Position numbers and translations under genes: made by a program. Shown one piece after another: positions 35,728-45,398 of a stretch of DNA of 64,000 nt. Source of the stretch: Candidatus Latescibacterota bacterium (GTDB taxonomy: Bacteria > Latescibacterota > UBA2968). Each line of letters opens with the position of its first letter. Within the stretch, counting starts at the first letter, position 1. The notes below the pieces were generated by a model. That model saw only the letters and a program-made list of their open reading frames with translations, did no database searches and was not told where the DNA came from. The DNA lies in contig OZ241986.1 in assembly GCA_965204375.1 (NCBI GenBank), forward strand, positions 1,856,001 through 1,920,000. Reading direction: 5' to 3'.

Positions 35728-37884
35728 TTATCCCTTCTCAACTTTTCGCATCGCCCACCGGATCTCCTCTGCCGTCATATCCGGATCAGAGGGATTGATG
35801 AGATTGCCAAAAATATCTGCCCCCACCACATGCTTCCGCAAACCAGGTCCTCGCAAAAGCGACGTAATGTGAATTTGCATGTGATAACCGTGGTCCACGC
35901 CATCTGTCGGTGCTTGCATCAATGCCAGAGTGTAGTGATACGGCGCGGCAAACAAACCGTCTAACCCGCCGAGAACATCGCACAATCCCGCAGCCAGATC
36001 GCGCCGCTCTTCCCCATCCAAATCCAGCAAACTCGCAGCGTGTGCCTTCGGCACAATGATCACATCATAAGGGAATTGTGCGGCAAACGGAACATAAGCC
36101 AGCACATGAGGACGATCAATGAGAATTCGCCGTCCATCTTCTACTTCGACGCGATTCGCGTCGCACACAAAACAGTGCCCCGTTTTCTCGCGATGGGATT
36201 CAAACATAGCCAATTGCGGTTTCACTATCAAATCGGGAATCTCGCAATACGCATAAACCTGTCCATGCGGATGCGGTTGAGAATTGCCCATCACCGTGCC
36301 CGAATTCTCAAAAATTAGCGGATACACAATTTCTGGCACCTTCCCCAACCGGTCGTAAATCTCTGCCCATGCGTCAACCACCTGAACGAGCGCATCCAGG
36401 GACAGCGTTGACAAACGTTGGGCGTGATTGGGCGTATAGACCACAACCTCGCACACACCTCGAGAGGTGCGCGAGAGATATGGACCCAATTGCGCCTGCG
36501 TTTGATAGGCATCCAATACCAACGTAGAAAAATCATTCTCAAATGTCCACACCCCTTTGTATTTTGGGTTCACATCGCCCATTGCGCGCGTATTCCCAGG
36601 ACAGAGATAGCATTCGGGGTCATAAGCCATCTCATCCGAACCCTCCATGAGCTGCGTTTCTCCGCGCCAGGGCCTGTCTGCGCGATGGGCAGCGATATTG
36701 ACCCACCGATTCCAAAAAGGATTGAACCGCTCTTCCTGCACAACTCGATAGCCATGCGGATGGAGCCGATGCCAGTGCCAGGCGGATTCCAGTATCTCAT
36801 GTAGTGTTTCCCTCGTAGCCCACCCCATATCGCGCTGAATGCGACTCGCATCGGCAATAAGCGTTGCGGGATCGCCACTTCGCCGCGGTCCAATCGCTTC
36901 GGGAATCTCATGACCGGTTACTTCGCGCGCGGCTTCCAAAATCTCCCGCACACTCACGCCCTGTCCCCTGCCGAGATTGTACGTCGCAGACCGACCCCCT
37001 GCCAACAACATGTCCAGGCTCTTAATATGTGCATCGGCCAATTCCACCACAGAAATATAATCTCGTACAGCCGTGCCATCGGGGGTTGCATAATCATCGC
37101 CAAATACAGTCATCTTCTCGCGCTGCCCCAAAGCCACTTGCAAAACAAGGGGGATCAAATGCGTCTCGGGATCGTGATCTTCGCCGATCAACCGCGAAGA
37201 ATCGGCACCTGCGGCATTAAAATAGCGGAGAACAACATATCGCCCCCCTGTCTGCAACTCGACATGGCGTAACATGCATTCATCCATCATTTTCGTGATG
37301 CCATAGACATTCGTGGGAATTTTTAGCAGATCAATATCTTCTTCGGAGAGTTTGAAAGCGATGTGTTTTTCATACCACCTCAAAAGGGTCTCAAAATCCA
37401 CCGCAGCGGGCATCAACTGGCTTTTCTCAAAGCCGCCATCCGCGATACATTTCCGCTGGTAATTTTCCTTCAGCGGAATATATTCTGCGCGGGGTTCGCC
37501 ATACGTCGCCGCCGTAGATGATTTCACGATGGGAACGCCCTTGCCCACATCCAACAAATTCCGAAAAGCAATCACATTATTCTCAAAATACCTGTACGGC
37601 TCATCCTGGGATTCTCCCACCAGCGTCCTGGCGGCAAAATCGATAATGCCACAAAAATTGTGTCTCTCAAAAACAGAGACCAGAGCACGACTATCGAGCA
37701 AATTGATATGCTCGAAACAAAATTGATCTGGCCCATACACCCTTTCAAACAAGGTGACAACTTCCCTATGTCCTGTTGACAGGTCATCCAGCACCACAAC
37801 CCGGCGATGATCTTCCAACAGGCCCCGAACCGCGTGACTGCCAACATACCCCGCTCCCCCCGTCACCAAAACAGCATCCATCAT
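35728..37884 (-). CDS. galE-galT: UDP-glucose 4-epimerase / galactose-1-phosphate uridylyltransferase fusion
   Basis: N part: TGGAGYVG, SSTAATYG, YGITK, LRYFNAAGA, RDYI. C part: RPWRG, CYLCPGN, FEND, GNSQPHPHGQ (catalytic HPH). One uninterrupted ORF. Confidence 0.92.
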   Translation of the reverse strand: MMDAVLVTGGAGYVGSHAVRGLLEDHRRVVVLDDLSTGHREVVTLFERVYGPDQFCFEHINLLDSRALVSVFERHNFCGIIDFAARTLVGESQDEPYRYFENNVIAFRNLLDVGKGVPIVKSSTAATYGEPRAEYIPLKENYQRKCIADGGFEKSQLMPAAVDFETLLRWYEKHIAFKLSEEDIDLLKIPTNVYGITKMMDECMLRHVELQTGGRYVVLRYFNAAGADSSRLIGEDHDPETHLIPLVLQVALGQREKMTVFGDDYATPDGTAVRDYISVVELADAHIKSLDMLLAGGRSATYNLGRGQGVSVREILEAAREVTGHEIPEAIGPRRSGDPATLIADASRIQRDMGWATRETLHEILESAWHWHRLHPHGYRVVQEERFNPFWNRWVNIAAHRADRPWRGETQLMEGSDEMAYDPECYLCPGNTRAMGDVNPKYKGVWTFENDFSTLVLDAYQTQAQLGPYLSRTSRGVCEVVVYTPNHAQRLSTLSLDALVQVVDAWAEIYDRLGKVPEIVYPLIFENSGTVMGNSQPHPHGQVYAYCEIPDLIVKPQLAMFESHREKTGHCFVCDANRVEVEDGRRILIDRPHVLAYVPFAAQFPYDVIIVPKAHAASLLDLDGEERRDLAAGLCDVLGGLDGLFAAPYHYTLALMQAPTDGVDHGYHMQIHITSLLRGPGLRKHVVGADIFGNLINPSDPDMTAEEIRWAMRKVEKG

Positions 37885-38036
37885 ACCTGCTCCTCTACAG
37901 AATGGTGTACAACGGGCTGTTTCCCAAGCCCGTTCATCTGAGAAAACATCACTTTGTACAATTCAATATACACATTGAACAAGCAGAGATTGAACTATTT
38001 TCAAAACGCGATATATACCTCGCATTTGTTTTGAAC

Positions 38037-38065
38037 TTGACATCTCGCTATAAAGGTCTTATTTT
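38037..38065 (+). promoter_or_regulatory. Putative greA promoter
   Basis: TTGACA-17 nt-TATTTT, the same pattern as the blaI promoter. Confidence 0.55.
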
Positions 38066-38114
38066 TTTACATATAGACAACACACAGCTCTTTAACGTGT
38101 TATACCGTGTGTAA

Positions 38115-38161
38115 AAAAAGTCTATCTCGAAATCCACTATTGGATTCCGAGATAGATTTTT
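38115..38161 (+). terminator. Terminator-like hairpin within the greA leader (candidate attenuator)
   Basis: TCTATCTCG-A-AATCCA-CTAT-TGGATT-C-CGAGATAGA followed by TTTTT, about 20 nt before the greA ATG. Confidence 0.6.
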
Positions 38162-38180
38162 CATTTCATGGGATATTATT

Positions 38181-38654
38181 ATGAATCGCGTTTATCTGAC
38201 TAAAAATGGGTATGAGAAAATTCGAACTGAGTTGATCCGGCTGCAAACCAAAGAGCGACCAACTGTCATTGCAGCGATTAAAAAAGCGCGCGAGTTTGGC
38301 GACCTGAGCGAAAACGCCGAATACCATGCAGCCAAAGAGCGGCAGGCATTTCTCGAAAAGAAAATTGCCGAATTGCAAGAAAAACTCACGAACTCGGAAA
38401 TTATCGACGAAAGCCAAATCCCCAAAGACAAAGCCTATCTGGGCGCGACGGTCAAATTGCAAGATAAAAAAAACGGCAGAGAAATGCAGTACACACTGGT
38501 CACCGTGGATGAAGCTGATTTTGACCAGAATAAAATATCGACTGCATCTCCCATTGGCAAAGCTTTGTTGGGCAAACGCGTTGGCGAGGTCGTCGATGTT
38601 CAAGTGCCCGTCGGCATACTCACTTATGAGATTCTCGATATCTCAAGAGACTGA
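38181..38654 (+). CDS. greA: Transcription elongation factor GreA
   Basis: AREFGDLSENAEYHAAKE and ISTASPIGKALLG motifs. Confidence 0.97.
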   Translation: MNRVYLTKNGYEKIRTELIRLQTKERPTVIAAIKKAREFGDLSENAEYHAAKERQAFLEKKIAELQEKLTNSEIIDESQIPKDKAYLGATVKLQDKKNGREMQYTLVTVDEADFDQNKISTASPIGKALLGKRVGEVVDVQVPVGILTYEILDISRD

Positions 38655-38670
38655 ATTTTTCATACAAACC

Positions 38671-38702
38671 AAAAGGCGACATTATCAGTGTCGCCTTTTT
38701 TT
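38671..38702 (+). terminator. Terminator of greA
   Basis: AAAAGGCGACA-TTATCAG-TGTCGCCTTTT with T tail. Confidence 0.85.
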
Positions 38703-38706
38703 ATTT

Positions 38707-38744
38707 AAAAAAAGGGCAAAGCGACATCCGCCGCTTTGCCCTTT
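38707..38744 (-). terminator. Terminator of the alpha operon (after rplQ)
   Basis: AAAGGGCAAAGCG / CGCTTTGCCCTTT; the A7 run reads as a U tract on the minus strand. Confidence 0.85.
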
Positions 38745-38762
38745 AAACAATGCATAGAAAGA

Positions 38763-39209
38763 TCAAGCGTCTTTTTTGTTTTCCTCTACAACTTCCTCTT
38801 CTTCCGCAGAAGCATCAGACTCGGTTTCCTCAACATCGGATTCGGTTATTGCGTCATCGGACACCAGCTCAATCAAACACAATTCACTGCTATCACCTCG
38901 CCTGGGACCCAGCTTGAGAATACGCGTATATCCGCCACCTCGGTCGGCAAATGAGGGACCAATTTCTTCAAATAACTTTGTGAGTACCACCTTATTCTGA
39001 ATACGCCGCAAAACTTGACGCCGCGCATGCAAGTCGCCGCGCTTGGCAAAAGAGATCAATCGTTCGGCGACACCGCGCAATTCTTTCGCCTTTGGCACTG
39101 TAGTCCGCACCTTGCCGTTGGTAAATAGAGATGTGGCCATATTGTTGAGCATGGCTTTTCTGTGGCTCGCCGTGCGACCCAGCTTTCTGCCCCTTTTCCC
39201 GTGCCTCAT
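38763..39209 (-). CDS. rplQ: 50S ribosomal protein L17 (acidic tail)
   Basis: MRHGKRGRKLGRTASHRKAM; GGYTRILK. Confidence 0.98.
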   Translation of the reverse strand: MRHGKRGRKLGRTASHRKAMLNNMATSLFTNGKVRTTVPKAKELRGVAERLISFAKRGDLHARRQVLRRIQNKVVLTKLFEEIGPSFADRGGGYTRILKLGPRRGDSSELCLIELVSDDAITESDVEETESDASAEEEEVVEENKKDA

Positions 39210-39220
39210 TGGTTTCCTCG

Positions 39221-40234
39221 TTAAAAATCTTCGTCCAAATGGATGGGATCAGATTTGGCAGCGACGTCTTGATATTTGCTCACATCAATGCCAAATGCGA
39301 TACCCAAATTTTCGAGAATAGCTGTCAATTCATTGAGCGATTTGCGGCCAAAATTGCGGAATTTGAGCATTTCGTTTTCCGTTTTTTGAACGAGATCTTC
39401 AAGTGTTATAATATTGGCAGCCTTTAAGCAATTTGCCGACCGCACCGACAATTCCAGCTCATCTACAGGCATCTTGAGCAGCGTTGCAATGCGGCGCGTT
39501 TCCTCATCGACAACTTCTTCCAATTCTTCTTCTGGCTCTTCTTCAAAGTTGATAAACAACTCGAGATGATTTTTTAATATTCTCGCAGCATGAGCCACCG
39601 CATCGTCGGGTCGCACAGCGCTGTTTGTCCAAACAGCCAGTGAAAGTTTATCGTAATCGGTCTGTTGCCCCACACGCGCATTATCGATTTCATAATGCAC
39701 TTTTCGGATTGGGGAAAAAGCAGCATCCAGCACAATGGTCCCCATGGGCTGGTCTGCCTGTTTGTTTGCTTCTGCCAGCACATAGCCCCGGCCTTTTCCA
39801 ACGGTGACTTCCATGTCGAGCACACCGTCTTTGTCGAGTGTTGCAATATGCAAATCGGGATTCATGACTTCGACATCGGCATCGACTTGCAAATCGCCAG
39901 CCTTGAGTTCTCCCGGTTCTTCTTTTTTGAAATATAGCAATTTGTCTGCATCTGTATGCATGCGCAGACAAATTTCCTTGAGATTTAGAACGATTTCCGT
40001 CACATCTTCCACGACGCCCTCAATCACGGTAAACTCGTGCTGAATGCCTTCAATTTTCACGGCCTTAACAGCAGCTCCTTCAATGGAAGAAAGCAAGACA
40101 CGGCGCAGTGCATTCCCAATCGTAGCACCAAACCCGCGCTCAAGAGGCTGAACACTAAACAGGCCATAATTATCACTCAGACTTTCTTCATCGATCTGTA
40201 CACCTCGAGGCATTTGAAAATTTTTCTCATTCAT
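39221..40234 (-). CDS. rpoA: RNA polymerase alpha subunit
   Basis: PLERGFGATIGNALRRVLLSS and ELELSVRSANCLK; start ATG 40234. Confidence 0.98.
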   Translation of the reverse strand: MNEKNFQMPRGVQIDEESLSDNYGLFSVQPLERGFGATIGNALRRVLLSSIEGAAVKAVKIEGIQHEFTVIEGVVEDVTEIVLNLKEICLRMHTDADKLLYFKKEEPGELKAGDLQVDADVEVMNPDLHIATLDKDGVLDMEVTVGKGRGYVLAEANKQADQPMGTIVLDAAFSPIRKVHYEIDNARVGQQTDYDKLSLAVWTNSAVRPDDAVAHAARILKNHLELFINFEEEPEEELEEVVDEETRRIATLLKMPVDELELSVRSANCLKAANIITLEDLVQKTENEMLKFRNFGRKSLNELTAILENLGIAFGIDVSKYQDVAAKSDPIHLDEDF

Positions 40235-40262
40235 AAACAAAAGCTCCCCTGCTGCGCGTCTA

Positions 40263-40892
40263 TTACTTGGAGTAGAGTTCAACGATGAGCTGCTCTTCAA
40301 CAGGCGTTGGTATATCATCTCGCTTTGGATATTCTACAAGCGTACCGCTCAAATTCACTTTATCTACCGAAAACCAGGCCGATTGACCTGCATCACCAGT
40401 GCGCGTGAGTGCATCGTGAATGAGTTGCATCTGGCGACTTTTTTCTCGTACCTGCACAGTATCTCCCGGCGAAACCTGAAATGAAGGAATATCTACGGTT
40501 CGTCCATTGACAGCAATGTGGCGATGTCTCACGAGTTGTCGCGCTGATTTTCGAGATGGCGCAAAACCCAGACGATATATCATGTTGTCCAGACGACATT
40601 CGAGCATCTGCAAAAGCAACTCACCCGTCACACCCTTTCTGCGAGCGGCTTTTGAATAATACGTACGAAACTGATTTTCCAGTACGCCGTAGATACGCTT
40701 TGTTTTTTGTTTTTCACGAAGCTGAAGTGCGTATTCCGACGGCTTTCGACGCATGTTTTGTCCATGCATGCCGGGCGCATAACTTCGTCGGTCAAATGAA
40801 CATTTGTCCATGTGACATCGCGCACCTTTGAGAAACAACTTCATGCCTTCGCGGCGACACAGTTTACAACTTGGGCCAGTGTATCTCGCCAT
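40263..40892 (-). CDS. rpsD: 30S ribosomal protein S4 (Cys-containing type)
   Basis: MARYTGPSCKLCRREG; QLIVELYSK. Confidence 0.98.
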   Translation of the reverse strand: MARYTGPSCKLCRREGMKLFLKGARCHMDKCSFDRRSYAPGMHGQNMRRKPSEYALQLREKQKTKRIYGVLENQFRTYYSKAARRKGVTGELLLQMLECRLDNMIYRLGFAPSRKSARQLVRHRHIAVNGRTVDIPSFQVSPGDTVQVREKSRQMQLIHDALTRTGDAGQSAWFSVDKVNLSGTLVEYPKRDDIPTPVEEQLIVELYSK

Positions 40893-40916
40893 TCAATATC
40901 TCCCTGTTTTCTTATG

Positions 40917-41300
40917 TTAAACGCGGCGTCGCTTAGGAGGGCGGCACCCATTGTGTGGAATTGGGGTAACATCTTTGATCGCTGAAATTTCCAATCCAGC
41001 TCCCTGCAGCGACCGCACGGCGGCTTCTCGCCCAACGCCAGGTCCTTTGACCCAGACTTCCACCCGGCGCAAACCCATTGCCATGGCTTCTCGCGCCGCA
41101 TCAGTGGCAGCCAACTGAGCGGCATAGGGCGTACTTTTTCTCGACCCCTTAAACCCGACTTTCCCCGTTGATGACCAGGAAATAACTCTACCTTCACGAT
41201 CACTTAGAGTGACAATAGTATTGTTAAAACTGGCATTGACATGTGCGACGCCATGAGCTTCAACGCGTCTATTCCGTCGTCTTCCTCTTCTGACCGCCAA
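40917..41300 (-). CDS. rpsK: 30S ribosomal protein S11
   Basis: ASFNNT; [18 protein letters not shown]; TTG start. Confidence 0.98.
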   Translation of the reverse strand: MAVRRGRRRNRRVEAHGVAHVNASFNNTIVTLSDREGRVISWSSTGKVGFKGSRKSTPYAAQLAATDAAREAMAMGLRRVEVWVKGPGVGREAAVRSLQGAGLEISAIKDVTPIPHNGCRPPKRRRV

Positions 41301-41331
41301 ACGACTCCTCCTTTGATTGTCCTGCGTTTAG

Positions 41332-41706
41332 CTATACCGTTCGTCTGCGACTGCCAATACCGGGTTTCTTTCCCTTGCGCGTCCTGGCATTGGTGCGCGT
41401 TCGCTGACCTCTCACCGGCAAACCGCGACGCCATCGCAAACCGCGATAGCATCCAATATCCATCAATCGCTTGATGTTCATTGCAACTTCGCTTCGCAGG
41501 TTTCCTTCAACCTTGTAATCGCCTTCGACAACTGAGCGCAATTTGGTGACTTCCTCGTCAGTCAAAGCATCTACGCGCGTATCAGGCGAAATCTGCGTCT
41601 GTGTCAAAATTTTTTGTGACGTGCTCAAACCAATACCCAAAATATATGTCAACGCAACTTCCACGCGCTTTTCTCTTGGAATATCTACACCTGCAATTCG
41701 GGCCAT
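41332..41706 (-). CDS. rpsM: 30S ribosomal protein S13
   Basis: [10 protein letters not shown]; [17 protein letters not shown]. Confidence 0.98.
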   Translation of the reverse strand: MARIAGVDIPREKRVEVALTYILGIGLSTSQKILTQTQISPDTRVDALTDEEVTKLRSVVEGDYKVEGNLRSEVAMNIKRLMDIGCYRGLRWRRGLPVRGQRTRTNARTRKGKKPGIGSRRRTV

Positions 41707-41727
41707 GCGATTGCGCCTCCTATAAGG

Positions 41728-41844
41728 TTATCCCTGTCGCTGTTTGTGTCGAGGGTTGACTTTGCAAATCACGCGCACGACACCGCGGCGGCGAATGATC
41801 TTGCAGTGATTGCAACGACGGCGAACAGATGATTGGACTTTCAT
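41728..41844 (-). CDS. rpmJ: 50S ribosomal protein L36 (not in ORF track; 38 aa)
   Basis: Manual translation [38 protein letters not shown]. Confidence 0.96.
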   Translation of the reverse strand: MKVQSSVRRRCNHCKIIRRRGVVRVICKVNPRHKQRQG

Positions 41845-41871
41845 AAATAAATCTCCAGCATTTTGGGTAAA

Positions 41872-43215
41872 TCAAGCTCGGCGCCCTCGAATGCGGCCTT
41901 TTTTCATAAACCCATCGTAGTGACGCATCAGCAAATGCGATTCAACCTGCTGTAAAGTGTCGAGTGCTACACCGACCATAATCAACAAACCCGTGCCGCC
42001 AAACACTTGTTCAAGCCCCGGATGAACCCCCATAGAATTAATAATAAAGTATGGGCCAACGGCTATTGCAGCTAAGAAAATCGCACCTGGCATGTTGATT
42101 CGCGTAAGCACCCGATCGATAAAGTCCGACGTGCGTTTGCCCGGTCTGACACCGGGAATAAATCCGCCTTGCCGTTTCATATTATCAGCCAGATCAATCG
42201 GATTAAACACAATGGCGGTATAAAAATAAGCAAAGAAAATGACCAGCAAGGAGTAAATTGACCAGTAAGGCAATGACACCCAGGACATACTCGGCGTAAA
42301 AGCAGCCGCGAGATTTTGCATAAATACATTATTAGGGGCAAAGCCAGCCATCGTCGCAGGTAAAAACATAATGGCCTGAGCAAAAATAATAGGCATCACG
42401 CCAGAAGTATTGACTTTGAGCGGTATATGTGTGCTTTGCCCACCATATACCCGTCGTCCAACGACGCGTTTGGCGTATTGTACCGGAATTCTACGCGTGC
42501 CCTGTGTGATGAGTACCACCAGAGCGGTCAATGCAATAACGATTATTAAAACAGCTATTTCGATCAAAATTGGTTTGTCATTGGTCACAAAATCGCGATA
42601 TTCCTGCCGCACGACAAAAGGCAATGCCGCAATAATGCCAATAAAAATAAGTAGCGACATTCCGTTGCCAATACCGTGTGCATCAATTTGTTCCCCCAAC
42701 CACATAATCAACACGGTTCCAGCAGTAATTGTCAATACGGTCAACAGCCGGAAACCCCACCCGGGATAGAGTACGACCGAAAGTCCAGTCGCTGGCGACT
42801 GAAGGCTCTCCAGGAAAAAACTCACCCCCAGGGACTGTGCCGCAGCCAGTGCAACTGTGCCATATCGCGTATATTGTATAATCTTTTTTCGTCCTGCTTC
42901 CCCTTCTTTTTGCAGTTTTTGGAGGGATGGCACGACAGCACCCATCAATTGAAAAATAATGGACGCGCTGATATAAGGCATAATACCCAGTGCAAATACC
43001 GTCGCACGGGTAAATGCTCCCCCCACAAACATGTCGTAGAGACCAAAGATCGTTTGGCTGGTGCCTGCAAAAAATTCTCCCAGGGCAACCCGATCTATTC
43101 CGGGTATGGGAATCTGCCCTCCCAGGCGATAAATTGCCAGAATACCCAGCGTAAATAACACCTTATATCGCAGTTCCGGAATTTTAAAAACGCTCTTGAC
43201 GCTCTCGAGCAACAC
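41872..43215 (-). CDS. secY: Preprotein translocase subunit SecY
   Basis: FALGIMPYISASII, GIGNGMSL, FIPGVRPG and GGTGLLIMVGV motifs. Confidence 0.98.
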   Translation of the reverse strand: MLLESVKSVFKIPELRYKVLFTLGILAIYRLGGQIPIPGIDRVALGEFFAGTSQTIFGLYDMFVGGAFTRATVFALGIMPYISASIIFQLMGAVVPSLQKLQKEGEAGRKKIIQYTRYGTVALAAAQSLGVSFFLESLQSPATGLSVVLYPGWGFRLLTVLTITAGTVLIMWLGEQIDAHGIGNGMSLLIFIGIIAALPFVVRQEYRDFVTNDKPILIEIAVLIIVIALTALVVLITQGTRRIPVQYAKRVVGRRVYGGQSTHIPLKVNTSGVMPIIFAQAIMFLPATMAGFAPNNVFMQNLAAAFTPSMSWVSLPYWSIYSLLVIFFAYFYTAIVFNPIDLADNMKRQGGFIPGVRPGKRTSDFIDRVLTRINMPGAIFLAAIAVGPYFIINSMGVHPGLEQVFGGTGLLIMVGVALDTLQQVESHLLMRHYDGFMKKGRIRGRRA

Positions 43216-43234
43216 CGCCTCCTCTCAGCCGAGC

Positions 43235-43681
43235 TCAGTCGGTTTTGGCCTCAACATCTCCGCCAGCTGCAAGAACTTTTTTTTCTGCCGCAGCTGATAT
43301 TGCCTGAACCCGAATCTGCAATGGTACAGAAATTTCGCCTCGCCCCAAAATTTTCACAGGGCGTTTTGTAGAGGCAATCAAACCCGCATCTTTGAGCACT
43401 TCGGGAGTAATCTCACCCGAAAACTCCCTACTTGCCAAATCGTCGAGGTTTACGACCTGATAGGTCACCCGAAAAGGATTGTTAAACCCAACTTTCGGCA
43501 AGCGCCGGTGCAGGGGTGTTTGTCCCCCTTCAAACCCAACTTTGCGTTTGGATCCCGAACGCGCCCGCTGCCCTTTGTGCCCTTTACCTGCAGTTTTGCC
43601 TTTTCCAGAGCCGGGGCCAATGCCCAAACGTTTCTTTTTAGAATTTGTCCCCTGAGGCGGAGAGAGATTCCCAAGTTTCAT
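43235..43681 (-). CDS. rplO: 50S ribosomal protein L15
   Basis: GKGHKGQRARSG; FEGGQTPLHRRLPK; start ATG 43681. Confidence 0.97.
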   Translation of the reverse strand: MKLGNLSPPQGTNSKKKRLGIGPGSGKGKTAGKGHKGQRARSGSKRKVGFEGGQTPLHRRLPKVGFNNPFRVTYQVVNLDDLASREFSGEITPEVLKDAGLIASTKRPVKILGRGEISVPLQIRVQAISAAAEKKVLAAGGDVEAKTD

Positions 43682-43697
43682 TCTCACATCCCGCGTT

Positions 43698-43886
43698 TTA
43701 ATTTTCTTCAACTTTAATCAGATGTGCAACAGCCGCCAGCATGCCGCGCAATTGGGGAGAATCAGCGTGTTCTACAGTATGCCGAATGCGGCGAATTCCC
43801 AACGCATCCAGTGTTCGTTGTTGTTTTTTTTGCCGCTTAATTGCACTGCGAATTTGTGTAACCCGCAGAGTTTTTTGCTCGCCCAT
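43698..43886 (-). CDS. rpmD: 50S ribosomal protein L30
   Basis: LRVTQIRSAI...TLDALGIRRI; position between rpsE and rplO. Confidence 0.95.
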   Translation of the reverse strand: MGEQKTLRVTQIRSAIKRQKKQQRTLDALGIRRIRHTVEHADSPQLRGMLAAVAHLIKVEEN

Positions 43887-44404
43887 CACGACCCCCGTAC
43901 GGAAACCAATTCGGATTCTTCTACGCCTCGCAATAGTGCAAACATTCTCGCATCTTTCAACCGCGTTAATCCTTCCATCGCGGCTTTAACAGCATTCTGA
44001 GGATTTTGAGAACCCAATGACTTCGTCAACACATTTTGAACGCCAGCCAGTTCCAAAACCGCACGCACACCGCCTCCTGCAATAATACCCGTACCGGGCG
44101 CAGCGGGTTTGAGCAAAACGCGAGAAGCACCAAACCGTCCAATAATCTCGTGGGGCAATGTTCCATCAACGACTGGCACGCGCACCAGATTCTTTTTGGC
44201 ATCGTCGGCAGCTTTGCGAATAGCTTCAGAGACTTCGCCCGCTTTCCCCATTCCAATTCCGACAATACCTTTTTTGTCACCAATTACACAAAGCGCATTA
44301 AAAGCAAAACGTCGTCCACCTTTGCGAACGTGAGATACCCGTTTGATGCTATTGTTGATAACGATTTCCGTCAGGTCTAAACCCGTGGCTTCAATTTTGC
44401 TCAA
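43886..44404 (-). CDS. rpsE: 30S ribosomal protein S5
   Basis: KGGRRF; [12 protein letters not shown]; TTG start. Confidence 0.98.
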   Translation of the reverse strand: MSKIEATGLDLTEIVINNSIKRVSHVRKGGRRFAFNALCVIGDKKGIVGIGMGKAGEVSEAIRKAADDAKKNLVRVPVVDGTLPHEIIGRFGASRVLLKPAAPGTGIIAGGGVRAVLELAGVQNVLTKSLGSQNPQNAVKAAMEGLTRLKDARMFALLRGVEESELVSVRGS

Positions 44405-44420
44405 AATCGGCTCCTTAACA

Positions 44421-44795
44421 TTAAAATTTCAACCCGCCTTCGCGTGCACCTTCAGCCAATGCTTTGACACGACCGTGATAGAGATAACCTGCGCGATCAA
44501 AAACAACCTGTGAGATGCCGGCGTCCCGCGCGCTCTCGGCCAATGCTTTCCCCACTTCACGGCTTTTATGGCATTTGCCTTCAATAGTTTGCAACTGATC
44601 TTTGAGCTGCGGAGCATTTGAGGATATGCCCATTAGAGAGCGTCCATTCACATCATCAATCAATTGCGCCTGAATATGTTTTAGACTCCTGAAAATCGTC
44701 AGACGCGGGCGATCAGCCGTTCCCAAAAGTCTCTTTCTAATGCGCATTTGACGACGCCTGCGCATCCTGGTCTTTTTAATTTGCTTGTCTGCCAT
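44421..44795 (-). CDS. rplR: 50S ribosomal protein L18
   Basis: RPRLTIFRS; [22 protein letters not shown]. Confidence 0.98.
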   Translation of the reverse strand: MADKQIKKTRMRRRRQMRIRKRLLGTADRPRLTIFRSLKHIQAQLIDDVNGRSLMGISSNAPQLKDQLQTIEGKCHKSREVGKALAESARDAGISQVVFDRAGYLYHGRVKALAEGAREGGLKF

Positions 44796-44811
44796 TGAAC
44801 AACCTCAAAAT

Positions 44812-45378
44812 TTAAGCTACTGCTGCCTTGCCAGCCTTGCGCCGCACGTATTCGCCGCTATATCGGATACCTTTTCCCTTATAGGGTTCGGGAGGTCGAA
44901 TATTTCGGATGTTCGCCGCTGTGCGTCCCACGAGTTCTTTATCGGCTCCACTAATCTTAACCAGAGCCTGAGAATTTTCGATCTCAGAGGGAGGCGCATC
45001 GACACTAAATTCAATTCCCTGAGGGGCTTCAACCGTTATCGGGTGACTGAACCCCACGTTGATGTCCAAATTTTTTCCTTTCATATCTGCGCGATATCCC
45101 ACTCCAACAACAACCAGGTACTTCTCAAAACCAGCTGTCACGCCCTGAACAGCATTTGCTAATAAAGCACGCGTGAGGCCCCAAATAGATTTGTGATGCC
45201 GGTCTTCGGGATCTTCCACGGTGACAGAAAGGGATTCACCCTCTTGCACGACCTGTGTGAGCGGATGTAAAGGTACCTGTAAAGTCCCTTTAGGACCTTT
45301 TATTTCCGCCTCTGTGGCCCCAATTTGCACATTGACGCCGCCTGGAACTTCAATCGGCTGTTGACCTATTCTCGACAC
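44812..45378 (-). CDS. rplF: 50S ribosomal protein L6
   Basis: MSRIG; RPPEPYKGKGIRY. Confidence 0.98.
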   Translation of the reverse strand: MSRIGQQPIEVPGGVNVQIGATEAEIKGPKGTLQVPLHPLTQVVQEGESLSVTVEDPEDRHHKSIWGLTRALLANAVQGVTAGFEKYLVVVGVGYRADMKGKNLDINVGFSHPITVEAPQGIEFSVDAPPSEIENSQALVKISGADKELVGRTAANIRNIRPPEPYKGKGIRYSGEYVRRKAGKAAVA

Positions 45379-45398
45379 GATGCACTCCTTCCAGATCT

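Noticed and set aside
37911-38035. Small hairpins upstream of galE (AACGGGCT/AGCCCGTT, TTCAAT/ATTGAA, TTCAAAAC/GTTTTGAA)
   Set aside because: Short stems without U tracts or a recognisable operator or riboswitch consensus; no function can be assigned.
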